From Mobula birostris (lineage: Eukaryota): a stretch of DNA of 64,000 nt. The stretch lies in the NCBI RefSeq assembly GCF_030028105.1, contig NC_092400.1, positions 30,586,206-30,650,205 of the forward strand, in the 5' to 3' direction. Of this stretch, positions 37,733 through 50,568 are shown piece by piece (positions within the stretch are counted from its first letter, which is position 1; every line of letters starts with the position of its first letter). The notes beneath the pieces are model-generated. The model did no database searches. It was given only the letters and a program-made list of their open reading frames with translations, and was not told the DNA's origin. The position numbers were made by a program, and so were the translations under genes.

Positions 37733-38230
37733 CCAGTGAAGACGTTCCGAGTCATGGTGACGACCCTGAATGGTAACTCGTTACAGCAAAATGCCAGCAT
37801 TTACAACAAGGTCTCTGAGATCAAACGTGGCATCCAGGAAAAGTGGAACATCCCAGCTTTTCAGCAACGCCTGCAATTCAAAGACACCATTCTGGATGAT
37901 AGGATCACCTTGCTGGATGCCAAGATCTTCTTTGATGCAGAAATCCAGCTGCTCACCCTGAGTGTAATTGAGATATTTGTCGGGATAGACGGGTGTAACC
38001 TGACGATCCAGGTTTTGCCAAGTGACAAGGTTTCAAGTTTAAAAGCTAAAATTGAATCCCTGGAGCGAATCCGGCGAAGCCAGTACTATTTAACTTTTCA
38101 ATCAACGCTGCTTGAAGATGAACGTACACTGCAATCTTATGGCATTAAGCAATATTCTACCATCCTTGTCAACCTGAGAGTGCGTGGTGGCAGCGAGATT
38201 CAACTTTCTAATGCAGAGGATCCTAACTAA
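37733..38230 (+). CDS. OASL: OASL-like terminal exon: tandem ubiquitin-like domains ending LRVRGG-SEIQLSNAEDPN
   Basis: UBL motifs IPAFQQRLQF...ILDD and LEDERTLQSYGIKQYSTI. The phase-0 acceptor cctcag| is in frame with the previous exon. Confidence 0.9.
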   Translation, partial: PVKTFRVMVTTLNGNSLQQNASIYNKVSEIKRGIQEKWNIPAFQQRLQFKDTILDDRITLLDAKIFFDAEIQLLTLSVIEIFVGIDGCNLTIQVLPSDKVSSLKAKIESLERIRRSQYYLTFQSTLLEDERTLQSYGIKQYSTILVNLRVRGGSEIQLSNAEDPN

Positions 38231-38865
38231 GCAGTTTGAAAATCAATGGCAGTGATAAAGACCTGAATTAGTTTTTACATTTAAAGTACTTTTGGTTAAT
38301 TATCTTGGTCAAATCAGCACTAAATGTACTTGATGTGAGGTAGGAACTCTTGAAACACATATTCCATATTGTGTTCTTTCTGATGGAACATAGCCCAGGT
38401 TAGCTAATGTGACCAATATCTGCTGATGGAACTGGGGTGATTTGGAAGCTTGGATGATTTATGCACCTTGAGTACCTTGTAAGTGCACAATCCAACCCCC
38501 CTTGGACCTCATCAAACCCATGTGGACACCTCTCCCACGGAGGACTTTAAACTCTGGCAAGCCTTAAGCTTGTCCACAACTCTCATCTCTTACACCACAC
38601 ACGTACAAAGTGGATTGACGTGCCTATTGACTTTTGAATCTATTCAATTATTATGCTTTTTTTTTCCTCAAGGCACTTCTCTTAAGCATCATAAGTATAA
38701 TGACTTGAATCGAGAAAATGATTTTTCTGCGACTCCACATCGATACAACGTGAAAAATAGCAGCCATTGGCTGTATGGCAGGGAATACCTTTGCTCAAAT
38801 TATCTGAATAATAATAATTTAATATAATGTAAATTCTGTTTTGTACTGTGTGAAATTCAGCAGTC

Positions 38866-38875
38866 AATAAATAAA
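38866..38875 (+). terminator. Predicted poly(A) signal of the OASL-like gene
   Basis: Overlapping AATAAATAAA ~640 nt after the stop, followed by a T/G-rich tract. Confidence 0.6.
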
Positions 38876-38979
38876 GCTGTTTTAATGTTTGAAGGATTAT
38901 CGGGCTGGTTTTGCTTAATCGGGGATCTTATATTCATTTGCTCAAATTATCTATTGTGGGCTATTTAAACTGATTGACT

Positions 38980-39530
38980 ATAAAAGGTAGAACAGAATTT
39001 GGCCATTTGCACCATCGGGCCTGGTCCACCATTCCATCATGGCCGATTTATTTGCCCTCTCAACCCCATTCTGTTGCCTTCTCCCTGTAACCTTTGATGT
39101 TTTTACCAATTGAGAACCTATCAATCTCTGCATTAAATAAACCCAATGACCTAGCCTCCACAGCCATCTGTAGCAATGAAATCTGCAGATTTACCACCAT
39201 TTGGCTGAAGAAGTACCTCCCCATCTTTGTTCTGAAGGTTGTGTGCCCTGGTCTCCGAATGCCCCATTATAGGAAACATCCTCTGCACATCCAGCCTATT
39301 GAGACCTTTCAATTTTCAATAAATTTCAATGAGATATCCCCCCCTCATTCTTCTAAACTCCAGTGAGTACAGGCCCAGAGCCATCATACACTTCGCATAT
39401 TTTAACCCTTTCATTCCTGGACCATTCTTGTGATCCTCCTCTGGATGCTCTCAAATACCAGCACATCCTTTTCACCGATAATGGGCACAAAACTGTTCAC
39501 AGAATTCCAAGTGTAGTCTGATCTATGGCC
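38980..39530 (-). mobile_element. Degenerate CR1 3' fragment
   Basis: Homologous to 33930-34430. Confidence 0.7.
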
Positions 39531-41494
39531 GCTGAATTATTTTCCCATTGTGTTCTAAGTGTCCATTTTGTAAGGATCAGTGTGCTTGGTTTTTTTTATT
39601 CACACGATGTGCGTATCTCCAACAAGATCGGTATTCAGTGACAATCCATCACTACTCCTGAATGGCTTACTGGCCAGTTCAGTGAACAGTTAAAAGTCAA
39701 CACATTGCTGTGAATCTGGTGAGGCAGAATGGGTTAGAAAGTCACTGAACTGGTTGGGGGTTTAAACAAGCTTAAACTTTCCTGGCGACCACCCCCAGCA
39801 CCGGAGTTTACAAAGAGATACTGACTGCCCAGCCTTTTCAGTGACAATAGGCCTTATACATTTGGATCAATGTCCAGATCTATGCAATGTCAGTCAACTT
39901 AACTCCTGTGATAATAATCAGCATATTTACAAATGATTCAGATGATGAGAAAGCAGGCAAAGTTTATTCATGATTGACAGATTGACACAAGGGAGTTATT
40001 TTTTTTATTAATATGATGCTGTTAAGGCAATTTTGGACTTAGGACACATATCAAATAACTTCGGCCACCAATCTTCAGATCTGAATATGGACTGTAGATT
40101 GAGTGTAAAATGCTCTGGAGCATGGGATCGTAGAGGTGTGAAAACAGCAATTGATTGAAGGACCAGACAATATTGATTAACATTGGCTGGTGTGTAGGCA
40201 CAGTTGGGGGGTGGAATAGAAACATAGAAAACCTACAGCACAATACAAGCCCTTTGGCCCACAAAATTGTGCTGAACATGTCCTTACCTTAGAAATTACT
40301 AGGGTTACCCATAGCCCTCTATTTTTCTAGGCTCCATGTATCTCTTAAAAGACCCTATCGTATTCGCCTCCACCACCGTTACCAGCAGCCCATTCCACAC
40401 ACTCACCAGTTTCTGCATAAAAAAACCTACCCCTCACATCTCCTCTGTACCTACACCCAAGCACCTAAAACTGTGCCCTCTAGTGATAGCCATTCCAGCC
40501 CTGGGAAAAAAGCCTCTGACTATCCACATGATTGAGGCCTCTCATCATCTATCAGGTCACCTGTCATCCTTCATCACTCCAGGGAGAACAGGCCAAGTTC
40601 ACTCAACCTGTTTTCATAAGACATGCTCCCCAATCCAGGCAACATCCTTGTAAATCTCCTCTGCACCCTTTCTATGGTTTCCACATCCTTCCTGTAATGA
40701 GGTGACCAGAACTGAGCACATTACTCCCAAGTGGGGTCTGACCAGGGTTCTATATAGCCGCAACATTACCTCTCGGCTCCTAAATTCAGTTCCATGATTG
40801 ATAAAGGCCAATACACCACATGCTTTCTTAACCACAGTGTCAATCTGCACAGCTGCTTTGAGCACCCTATGGACTCGGACCCCAAGATCCTTCTGATCCT
40901 CCACACTGCCAAGAGTCTTACCATTACTGTAATAGTATATTCTGCTGTCATATTTGACCTACCAAAATGAACCACTTCACACTTACGTGGGTTGAACTCC
41001 ATTTGCCACTTCTCAGCCCAGTCTTTCATCCTACCAATGTCCCGCTGCAACCTCTGACAACCCTCTACACTAGTGGTCACCAATCATTTTAAGCCCAAGA
41101 TCCCCTACCTCGACTTCAGTGAAAGGCAAGATCTACCTACTAAATCGTTTAGAGAAAAAACAGCTCAGATTGTACTTCCAATTTGAGGCCTTTTATTTGG
41201 GCGAATTGTGTAATTACACAAAATACTTTTGTCAAACTTTCAAATTAATTCAAACAAGAAAACACTGTAACTAGCATATCAAACAGGCCATAGCTGTCTT
41301 TCTTTAAGAATATTACAACACTTCACACCTTTAATTCTAAGTTTCATTATTTAATTTTATCTCAATACGAAAAATAAATGAATAAAAATTGACTGTTGCA
41401 CTCAGTGTGATGACTGGGGCTGAATACTTTCTGCTAGTTCCCTGAAATTTGGCTCATAACTGCAGACAGCCAGTCTGAGACAGTCTGTGAGGTG

Positions 41495-41929
41495 TAGGGT
41501 TGCCAGCTGTCCCGTATTTCCCCCGCTAAGGTAGAACGTTCCTATGAAACCTTTCGTGCCGAAATGCTTTACGCCGAAGAAGCAATTACCATTAATTTAT
41601 ATGGAAAAAATTTTGAGCGCTCCCAGACCCCAAAAAATAACAAACTAAATCATACCAAATAACACATAAAACCTAAAATAACACTAATATATAGTAAAAG
41701 CAGCAATGACATGATAAATACACAGCCTATAAAGTAGAAATAATGAAAATTAAGCCAAAACCGATTGGTGGGGTAAAGAGAAGAAATCGGCATGTACGTG
41801 CATGCGCACACAGGTGCCCATGCAAAGGCTTCATGGTCATGGTAGTCTTTCTTGGGGTAAACACAAATATCCTGGGATTTGACTGCAACCTTTGTCCGTC
41901 GTTTGGGAGTGAGAAAGTTGGCAACCCGA
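41495..41929. mobile_element. Non-autonomous hAT-type MITE nested in the hAT element
   Basis: TIRs TAGGGTTGCCA / TGGCAACCCGA. 8-bp TSD GTGAGGTG / GAGAGGTG. Confidence 0.75.
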
Positions 41930-42425
41930 GAGAGGTGTCTGTCAGTAAGTCAGCTCCTGTACTTAGATTTAATAATTTTCATCTGTGAAGATACAATTTC
42001 ACATAGATGTTCACCCAAAGTAGGCACTGAATTTTACTGTTACAAAACCAACGCGCACACTGTACATTGCTCAGCCCCATCAGTAGTAATTGCCACCAGT
42101 TTATGAATGGGGATGTCATTTTCATGGACATTTTTTTAAATTCATTGTAGATATCCTCACCTCTCGTTCTTTCCTTTAATTGCAAAAGAGTGAGGAAGTC
42201 CTCCTTTCTTGTAAAATCCTGGAAAGCCATTCTGACAAATACAACAAGCTGAGCTGTTTGCATTACATCCAGGGATTCATCGAACTGTAATGAAAAATAT
42301 TCACATCCTCTGACGGTGACTCTACCTCCTTGTCACTGTTGGAGGGCCAAGTGGTATATTATGTATTGCGGTTGTGATGCCGTTTTTGTTTTTAAAGTCA
42401 TTAAAACAGTCTCTGCGGTAATGAC

Positions 42426-42517
42426 AACACACATAAAAGTTGCTGGTGAACGCAGCAAGCCAGGCAGCATCGCTAGGAAGAGGTGCAGTCGACGTTTCAG
42501 GCCGAGACCCTTCATCA
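42426..42517 (-). mobile_element. 92-bp Penelope-derived terminal fragment inserted in the hAT transposase
   Basis: Nearly identical to 60795-60887. Perfect 11-bp TSD GCGGTAATGAC. Confidence 0.85.
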
Positions 42518-44060
42518 GCGGTAATGACCATTGCTTCCTTGAATAAATCGCCATCTGTAAAAGGCTTCTTGTGTTTAGCCAAAGGGTGACTTACACGAAA
42601 TGATGCTTCAATAGCAGCCTTATTTTGAGCAGCATGTTTTGTGAAAAATGATTGCTGGGCCTTCAACCTCGATTTCAGCTCAATTTTCCAGGCACGAATT
42701 GCGCTCTTTGGGGGGTAGGTGTCTTTAAATTCCTGGTGGTTGGTGTTGTGGTGCCTCTCCAGATTCCCTCTTTTAGTCAGTGCTTGTGTTTGGTGGCACA
42801 ACATACATACACACTTGTCTTTCACCAAGGTAAGTAGAAATTCCTCTTCCTATTCTGGATGGAATTTGTATGTTTTCGCCTTCTTTCGTGGAGCCTCCAC
42901 TATGCTATCAGGATATCACGAGCGATTGCTGATTGCCTTGCCTCTGATCTGAGCCGACATTTACGTGCCGGGCAGCACCTCATTAATTACCTTGTTTATT
43001 TTGGCTTTTTTTCTTAAAAATGTGCTGTGCGCATCCCGACTACCGCTGCACCACTGCCTGCTTCGCGGCCCGGAGGTTGGGGACACTGCCGTATATTGAT
43101 GTTTGCGACAGTCAGGACTCTTATCCCTAATCTGATTGGTCACTTTGATGCAGCACAGGCTACGCTGAAAATGCGGTGCATGTCGGGGGAACTACACACA
43201 TGCACACTGAGCAGAAAGAATGGAACTAAACCCCCGCAAACCGGAAACAATCTCTCTTTACAAACAGCTTTTTAGCAAAAATATTGCTATATTACCATTA
43301 TCCTAATTAGTATCACTTACTTTTATAATGCTCACATTACAACAGTATTTGTGAATTTATTTTTGATTTTTCTTCGGGATCTACTGGGAAAGTCTGAAAG
43401 GTCGACCGGTCGATCGCGATCGACAAGTTGACGACCCTTACTCTACACTATCCACAACACCCCCAACCTTTGTGTCATCAGCAAATTTACAAACCCATCC
43501 CTCCACTTCCTCATCCAGGTCATTTATAAAAAATCACGAAGAGTAAGGGTCCCAGAACAGATCCCTGAGGCACACCATTGGTCACAGACCTCCTTGCAGA
43601 ATATGACCTGTCTACAACCACTCTTTGCCTTCTGTGGGCAAGCCAGTTCTGGATCCACAAAGCAATGTGCCCTTGGATCCCATGCCTCCTTACTTTCTCA
43701 ATAAGCCTTGCATGGGGTACCTTATCAAATGCCTTGCTGAAATCCATATACGCTACATCTACTGCTCTTCCTTCATCAATGTGTTTAGTCACATCCTCAA
43801 AAAATTCAATCAGGCTCAACTTAAAGTATATGTATATATCCTTCTTACTGTTACTTACTATAATAATAATGTTTTATTGTAATGTACTGCTGCGACATAA
43901 CAAATTTCACAACATATGCCAGTGATATTAAACTGGATTCTGATCCTGACCCACACAGGTTTTCTGAGCTCCTCTCACCCTGTCTCCCCAGTTCTGTGCC
44001 CCTCCCCCACCTGCATCCATTAGCCCATCAACTTCTTCCTCACTTTGCTCCACCTATCAC

Positions 44061-46167
44061 AATAGACAATAGATAATAGGTGCAGGAGAGTAGGCCATTC
44101 GGCCTTTCGAGCCAGCACCGCCATTCACTGTGATCATGGCTGATTATCCACAATCAGTATCCAGTTCCTGCCTTATCCCCATAACCTTTGATTCTGCTAT
44201 CTTTAAGAGCTCTATCCATCTCTTTCTTGAAAACATCCAGAGACTTGGCCTCCACTGCCTTCTGGGGCAGAGCATTCCACATATCCACCACTCTCTGGGT
44301 GAAGAAGTTTTTCCTCAACTCCATTCTAAATGGCCTACCCCTTATTCTTAAACTGTGGCCTCTGGTTCTGGACTTACCCGTCAGCGGGAACATGCTTCCT
44401 GCCTCCAGCCTGTCCAATCCCTTAATAATCTTATATGTTTCAATCAGATCCCCCTCTCATCCTTCTAAATTCCAGTGTATACAAGCCCAATCGCTCCAAT
44501 CTTTTAACATATGACAGTCCTGCCATCCCGGGAATTAACCACGTGAACCTACGCTGCACTCCCTCAATAGCAAGAATGTCCTTCCTCAAATTTGGAGACC
44601 AAAACTGTACACAATATTCCAGGTGTGGTCTCACCAGGGCCCTGTAAAGCTACAGAAGGACCCCTTTTCTCCTATACTCAACTCCCCTTGTTATGAAGGC
44701 CAGCATGCCATTAGCTTTCTTCACTGCCTGCTGTACCTGCATGCTTGCTTTCAGTGACTGATGTACAAGAACACCTAGATCTCATTGTACTTTCCCTTTT
44801 CCTAACTTGACTCCATTTAGATAATAATCTGCCTTCCCGTTCTTACTATCAAAGTGGATAACCTCACATTTATCCACATAAAACTGCATCTGCCCACTCA
44901 CCCATCCTGTCCAAGTCACCCTGCATTCTCATAACATCCTCCTCACATTTCACACTGCCACCCAGCTTTGTGTCATCTGAAAATTTGCCAATGTTACTTT
45001 TAATCTCTTCATCTAAACCATTAATGTATATTGTAAATAGCTGCGGTCCCAGCACTGAACCCCGTGGTACCCCACTGGTCGCTGCCTGCCATTCCGAAAG
45101 GGACCTGTGAATCGCTACTCTTTGTTTTCTGTCAGCCAGCCAATTTTCAATCCATGTCAGTACTCTGCCCCTAATACCATGTGCCCTAATTTTGCCCACT
45201 AATCTCCTATGTGGGACTTTATCAAAGGCTTTCTGAAAGTCCAGGTACACCACATCCACCGGCTCTCCCTTGTCCATTTTCATAGTTACATCCTCAAAAA
45301 ATTCCAGAAGATTAGTCAAGCATGATTTCCCCTTGGTAAATCCATGCTGACTCGGACCTATCCTGTTACTGCCATCCTAATGTGTCGTAATTTCATCTTT
45401 TATAATTGACTCCAGTATCTTTCCCACCACTGACGTCAGGCTAACCGGTCTATAATTCCCTGTTTTCTCTCTTCCTCCCTTCTTGAAAACTGGGACAACA
45501 TTAGCCACCCTCCAATCCACAGGAACTGATCCTGAATCTATAGAATTGATTACCAATGTGTCCACGATTTCTAAAGCCACCTCCTTAAGTGCCCTGGGAT
45601 GCAAACCATCAGATCCCAGGGACATATCAGCCTTTAGACCCAACAGCCTATCCAACACCATTTCCTGCCTAATATAAATTTCCTTCAGTTCATCCATTAC
45701 CCTAGGTCCTTTGGCCACTATTATATCTGGGAGATTGTCTGAGTCTTCCCTAGTGAAGACAGATCCAAAGTACCTGTTCAGCTCGTCTGCTATTTCCTTG
45801 TTCCCCATAATATATTCACCCTCTTCTGTTTTCAAGGGCCCAATTTTGGTCTTAACTATTTTTTTCCTTTTCACATACCCAATGAAGCTTTTACTATCCT
45901 CCTTTATATCCTTGGCTAGTTTACCTTCGTACCTCATTTTTTCTCCACTTATTACCTTCTTAGTTATCTTCGGTTGCTCTTTAAAAGTTTTCCAATCCTC
46001 CAGCTTCCCACTCGTCTTTGCTATGTTATACTTCTTCTCTTTTATCTTTACACAGTCCTTTACTTCCCTTGTCAGCCGCGGCCTCCTCTTACTCCTCTTA
46101 GGATCTTTCTTCCTCTTTGGAATGAACTGATCCTGCACCTTCTGCATTATTCCCAGAAATACCTGTC
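44061..46167 (-). mobile_element. 5'-truncated CR1 LINE (~2.1 kb, frameshifted ORF2)
   Basis: Motifs GNYRPVSLTSVVGK, DFQKAFDKVPH, HLEYCVQFWSP. Possible TSD ATCAC. Confidence 0.92.
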
Positions 46168-46259
46168 ATCACCTCCTAGCCCCTCCCTCAATTCTGTTCT
46201 TTAACCTCTCAATACTGGCTATCTCCCCTCTGCACATACCGTCAGTGAGAGTCATCCAG

Positions 46260-46750
46260 TCATAGAGCGTGACAGCACACAAACAGGCCCATCGGCCCAT
46301 CTAGTCTGTCCTAAACTATTATTCTGCCTTGTCCCATTGACCCAAACCTGGACCACAGCCCCTCCACACCCCTCCCATCCAGACACTTATCCAAACTTCT
46401 CTTCAATGTTGAAATAGAACCTGTATCCCCCACTTCTGTTGTCAGCTCATTTCATACTCTCATCACCATCTGAGGGAGGAAATTCCCCCTTAGATTCCCT
46501 TTAAATATTTCACCTTTCACTTAATCTAGTCTCATCCAATCTCAGTGCAAAACACCTGCTTGTACACCCTACCTATACCCTTCATAATTATGTACACCTC
46601 TGTCAAATCTCTCCTCATTCCCCTATGCTCCAGGGTAAAAAGTGCTAACCTATTCAATCTTTCCATATAACTTAGGTCCTCAAGACTCAGCAACATCCTT
46701 GTAAGTATTCGCTGTACTCGTCCAGTCTTTTTGATATCTTCTTGCAAATG
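46260..46750 (-). mobile_element. Degenerate CR1 3' fragment
   Basis: RVQRILTRML...LSYMERLNRL. Confidence 0.7.
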
Positions 46751-46756
46751 TCTTAA

Positions 46757-47256
46757 TGTCAAAGAAATCTACCCTGTTCATATTTTACTGAGAAAGAATT
46801 TACCCCATTATCAAACAGAAATAAAGACACAGACTTCGGCATAAGGTTAACCCTTTAATACGTGATCACAGGGGAGCCGTTGCCTTACGACTGTCAGTGT
46901 CAGGTTACATCTTAAATTTATACAGTAAACTTTGGGCAATAGCCAACCACTAAACATACTTAGTCAACAACTTCGAGAACCACTTGGTAGGTATCAGCCA
47001 GTTTACAACTGTTTCGGTGCAATACTTAAAATCAGAACTGCATGTCTATAGTCAGTTCCTCCATTAGCTAGACAGTCTCGGACAAAGGTTAACAATACCT
47101 CATTATTGGCATGATCTACTGTTAGCTAGCACAAGCAAGGCAGCATCTGCATTTTATCAAGTCCCAATGAGCCAAATCTTCAGCAATACTTAGGTAGTCA
47201 AGCTTGAAGACAAAATTTAATTCAAAATTTAATTTTCTTCTTTATTTTCTTCCACA
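46757..47256. mobile_element. Probable solo LTR, 500 bp
   Basis: Imperfect inverted termini TGTCAAAGAAA...TTTCTTCCACA. Flanks CTTAA / CTTAG. Confidence 0.55.
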
Positions 47257-47681
47257 CTTAGGCATTAATAGCTATTCATGTATGTATGTATGTATGTAAA
47301 ATTAGGCCTCACCAACATCTTGTACAACTTCAGTGTAACATGCCAAGTTCGGAAGCACACTCTCGACCTGGAACATCCATCATCCCTTTGTTTCCACAGA
47401 TGCTGCCAGACCTGCTGAATTCCCCCACCTCTTTGTTTCTTGACCTCATTTTACAATGATTTCCTGCCCACTGAGTACTTTTGCATGTAAAGTTTCAAAA
47501 AGGTTCAAAATACATTATACAACCTTGAGATTCATCTACTTATAGTCAGCCACAAAACAAAGAACACAAAAGAGCCATAAAAAAAGACTGAAAAATACCC
47601 AATGTGCAGGGAGAGATAAAAAAAACAAATTGTGCAAACAGTAAAAGTAAGCAAATAGCATTTAGAACGAAAATGAGTCCT

Positions 47682-47965
47682 AAGACATGAAACTTGGAGC
47701 AGTTGGAGAAGGCCTACAGCCTCAGCCTCATTGCGGCGCATAGCGTAGTAAATGTCACAGTCTTGCAGACACGAAGCCTGGAGCAGGCCTACAGCCTCAG
47801 CCTCAGTTCAGGCGCATAGCGTAGTAAACGTCACAGGGCCTGCAGACATGAAGCCTGGAGCAGGCCTACAGCCTCAGCCTCAGTTCAGGCGCATAGCGTA
47901 GTAAACGTCACAGGGCCTGCAGACACGAAGCCTAGAGCAGGCCTACTGCCTCAGCCTCATTGAGG
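47682..47965. repeat. Minisatellite, 77-bp unit, ~3.5 copies
   Basis: GAAGCCT(G/A)GAGCAGGCCTAC recurs at 47773, 47850 and 47927. Confidence 0.9.
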
Positions 47966-49237
47966 TGCAGAGCAGAGCAAACATCGCAAAACAGTGGGCA
48001 GACCCGTCCTGACCCTGACCTCTGGTCCTGACACCCTGACTTTTCAAACCATCTGGTCTGGCGTTTAAAACATCCAAACATCGGGTCGTTCCTTGCTCTC
48101 GGACCCTGACCCTATTGCATTGATATGCTCTGGGCCTAAACCTCACGGCCATGTTTTGGCCCGTACCTGACCTTTCCAAATCTTAGATCAATCAAACCTG
48201 GACAGGCATCGGATTAACTTTAATATGTGCTGCTATTCTTTTCTCATGCTGTCTTCATCTCTCTGATACGCTTTTTTACTTTCTCTGAACATTTTCCAAT
48301 CAGCCTGGTGTTCACTACTATTATCAATAATGGAAGATGCCCTTAACTCTATTTTCTCTGCCATGCTTTATTCTCTCACGGTGGTGTCTGAAAAGAGGAT
48401 GCTGTCTAAGCTGCATGCCATCTTGGTCAATGTCTCCCATCCACTACATAATGTACTGGTTGGGCACAGGAGTACATTCAGCCAGAGACTCATTCCTCCG
48501 CGATGGAGCACAGAGCGTCATAGGAAGTCATTCCTGCCTGTGGCCATCAAACTTTACAACTCCTCCCTTGGAGGGTCAGACACACCCTGTGCCGATAGGC
48601 TGGTCCTGGATTTATTTCATAATTTACTGGCATAATTTACATATTACTATTTAAATATTTATGGTTCTATTACTATTTCTATTACTATTTATTATTTATG
48701 GTGCAACTGTAACGAAAGCCAATTTCCCCCAGGATCAATAAAGTAGGACTATGAACTATGATCTATGACTATTCCCTCTCTTTTTGTTCTTCCAGGGAAC
48801 CCTGCGGGAATATATCTAAACTGTAGCCAAATATTGGGTATTGGGGTGGAGATACATCTCTACCAGAGGAGATGTAAGGTGCTTCTGCCCTCTGGTTACC
48901 TTTGGGCAAGGTGTAGCACCGTTTTAGCTCCGCTAATCAGGGTCACGCGAAGCCATGGGGGCAGGTGGTGGACAATCCTATCAGCAGCTGGTGCATATCA
49001 CAAATCCTAGTTATGTGACCAGCCAGACAATTTCTGAAGAGTATTGATAATGGCTGGGGTCACCTGTCTTGTAAAGTCACTGCCCAGAAGAAGGCAATGG
49101 CAAACCACTTCTTTAGAAAAATTTGCCAAGAACAATTATGGTCAAAGACCATGATCACCCATGTCATATGACACGACAGATAATGAACCAACGTAACCAA
49201 AGAAACTTTCTCTTAAGTGCACCACATTGTTTAAATA

Positions 49238-50568
49238 CACCCTATCCTCGTTATATGCGAGGGATACCTTCCTCGAAGTTGACGCATAATGTGAATAATT
49301 ATTTAAATAGAGAAAATAGGGATGCGTTCCAAAGGGCTTCCTAAATATGTTTTATCTGTAACTTATTCACATTTTTATACCAATAGGACACAAATGCAGT
49401 ACTACAAGACAACCTTTGTACTATATTTAATCAATTTAAGGTAATCTTCAATGTAATAAATCATAGAAAGTTAACATCCGAGGGTGTACAGTACTCACCA
49501 ACAGTGGCAGGTGTGTTCGCTCCAGGAGATGAGTGGTTGTTGTGGTGTCGGGCAGCTTTACATGGATACGGTGGACGGTTGTGGTCGTCAGGATCATATC
49601 AAGCACAGCAAGGGGTGAAAGAAGACTCACGGAACTCTTAGAACTGCCGGCAGCACAAAGATTAGAGCGATTTGCTTAAAGTGGTGAGGGTTGTTTGCTT
49701 GGCGGCATTTTGCTTTTCAGCATAAATTTGCTTGTAGGGAAGAAGGGTTGACGGCCGGGAACGACTGAAATGCTGACTCCATTCTAAACGTGGGTCCATG
49801 TCCATCGCCATTTGTGCCAAGTGTTCCGACTTCCACTATTCCCTCACCGTTGGTAAACTCCCGGGATTTTCAAAATCGTCTGCTGCTTGCAGCATCTGAG
49901 AGATAGTTCGCCGTAAAAAAAAAACGCGCGCCTTGAATGTGGATCACACCTTGGTCGAGTGGTTGAATCAGCGATGCTGTGTTAGGCGGCAGGAAACGCA
50001 CTGTTATGTTAGGATGAATGCTGTCCAGATGTTTAGGGTGGGCTGGCGCATTCTCAAGCAACAAAAGAACTTTAAAGGCAAGATTCTGTTCCTGGCAGTA
50101 GCGTCCCAGAGCTGTGCTACTTTCAGCTGATACCACGCTGTTTATAATTTCCAACTTTTTTTCCAGTGTTAGAGCGGTTCTCTGCCGCACGGCTGACGGC
50201 CCAGGACATGACATCGGACGCTTAGGAGGCATAGTTAAATATTTCAAGCGCAAAATTACTGCGCCGTAGGTAAAACCAACACTAGTTTATGATCGCGCAT
50301 CCACAGCTTGCCAGAAGCAATGCGAGAGTGGCGGGGGCCGCGAGACCGTGAGGCGCGTGCACGTGACTTGTATTGGCGGGAAAGCGGTGCTTCTCGTCCC
50401 AACAGTGAGACGGTGAAGCGTGTGCACGTGACTCGAATTGGCGGGAAGGCAGTGCTCCTCGCATAACTGTGAATTTTGGACGCATATAACGAGACGTTGG
50501 TAGAAACAGGTTCCTCGCATAACTGTGAATCCGCATAGAATGAAGACGCATATATCGAGGATAGGGTG
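49238..50568 (-). mobile_element. pogo/Tigger-type DNA transposon, internally deleted
   Basis: 22-bp TIRs CACCCTATCCTCG(T/A)TATATGCG and a TA TSD. HTH remnant RTALTLEKKLEII and DDE remnant VLLLLENAPAHP...FLPPNTASLIQPLDQGVI. Confidence 0.92.

Larger units (their letters stand above)
32349..38230 (+). pseudogene. OASL: OASL-like gene (OAS C-terminal region plus two ubiquitin-like domains); in-frame stop, 5' exons not found
   Basis: Four phase-compatible AG/GT exons: 32349-32524, 33548-33798, 35268-35400, 37733-38230. TAG at 32468-32470. Confidence 0.82.
41071..43440 (-). mobile_element. hAT DNA transposon (Charlie/SPIN, GTF2IRD2-like transposase), internally deleted
   Basis: 8-bp TSD CTCTACAC (41063-41070, 43441-43448) and imperfect TIRs. 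BED-like CMLC...HHNTNH and FSLQFDES...AQLVVFVR motifs on the minus strand. Confidence 0.88.
40218..43817 (-). mobile_element. CR1 LINE split by a hAT insertion (pieces 40218-41070 and 43441-43817)
   Basis: DFSKAFDKVPH...GVPQGSVLGPLLF and WAEKWQMEFN are continuous across the hAT TSD. Confidence 0.88.

Noticed and set aside
47682-47965. CRISPR-like array
   Set aside because: Eukaryotic minisatellite with whole-unit repeats, no unique spacers and no cas genes.
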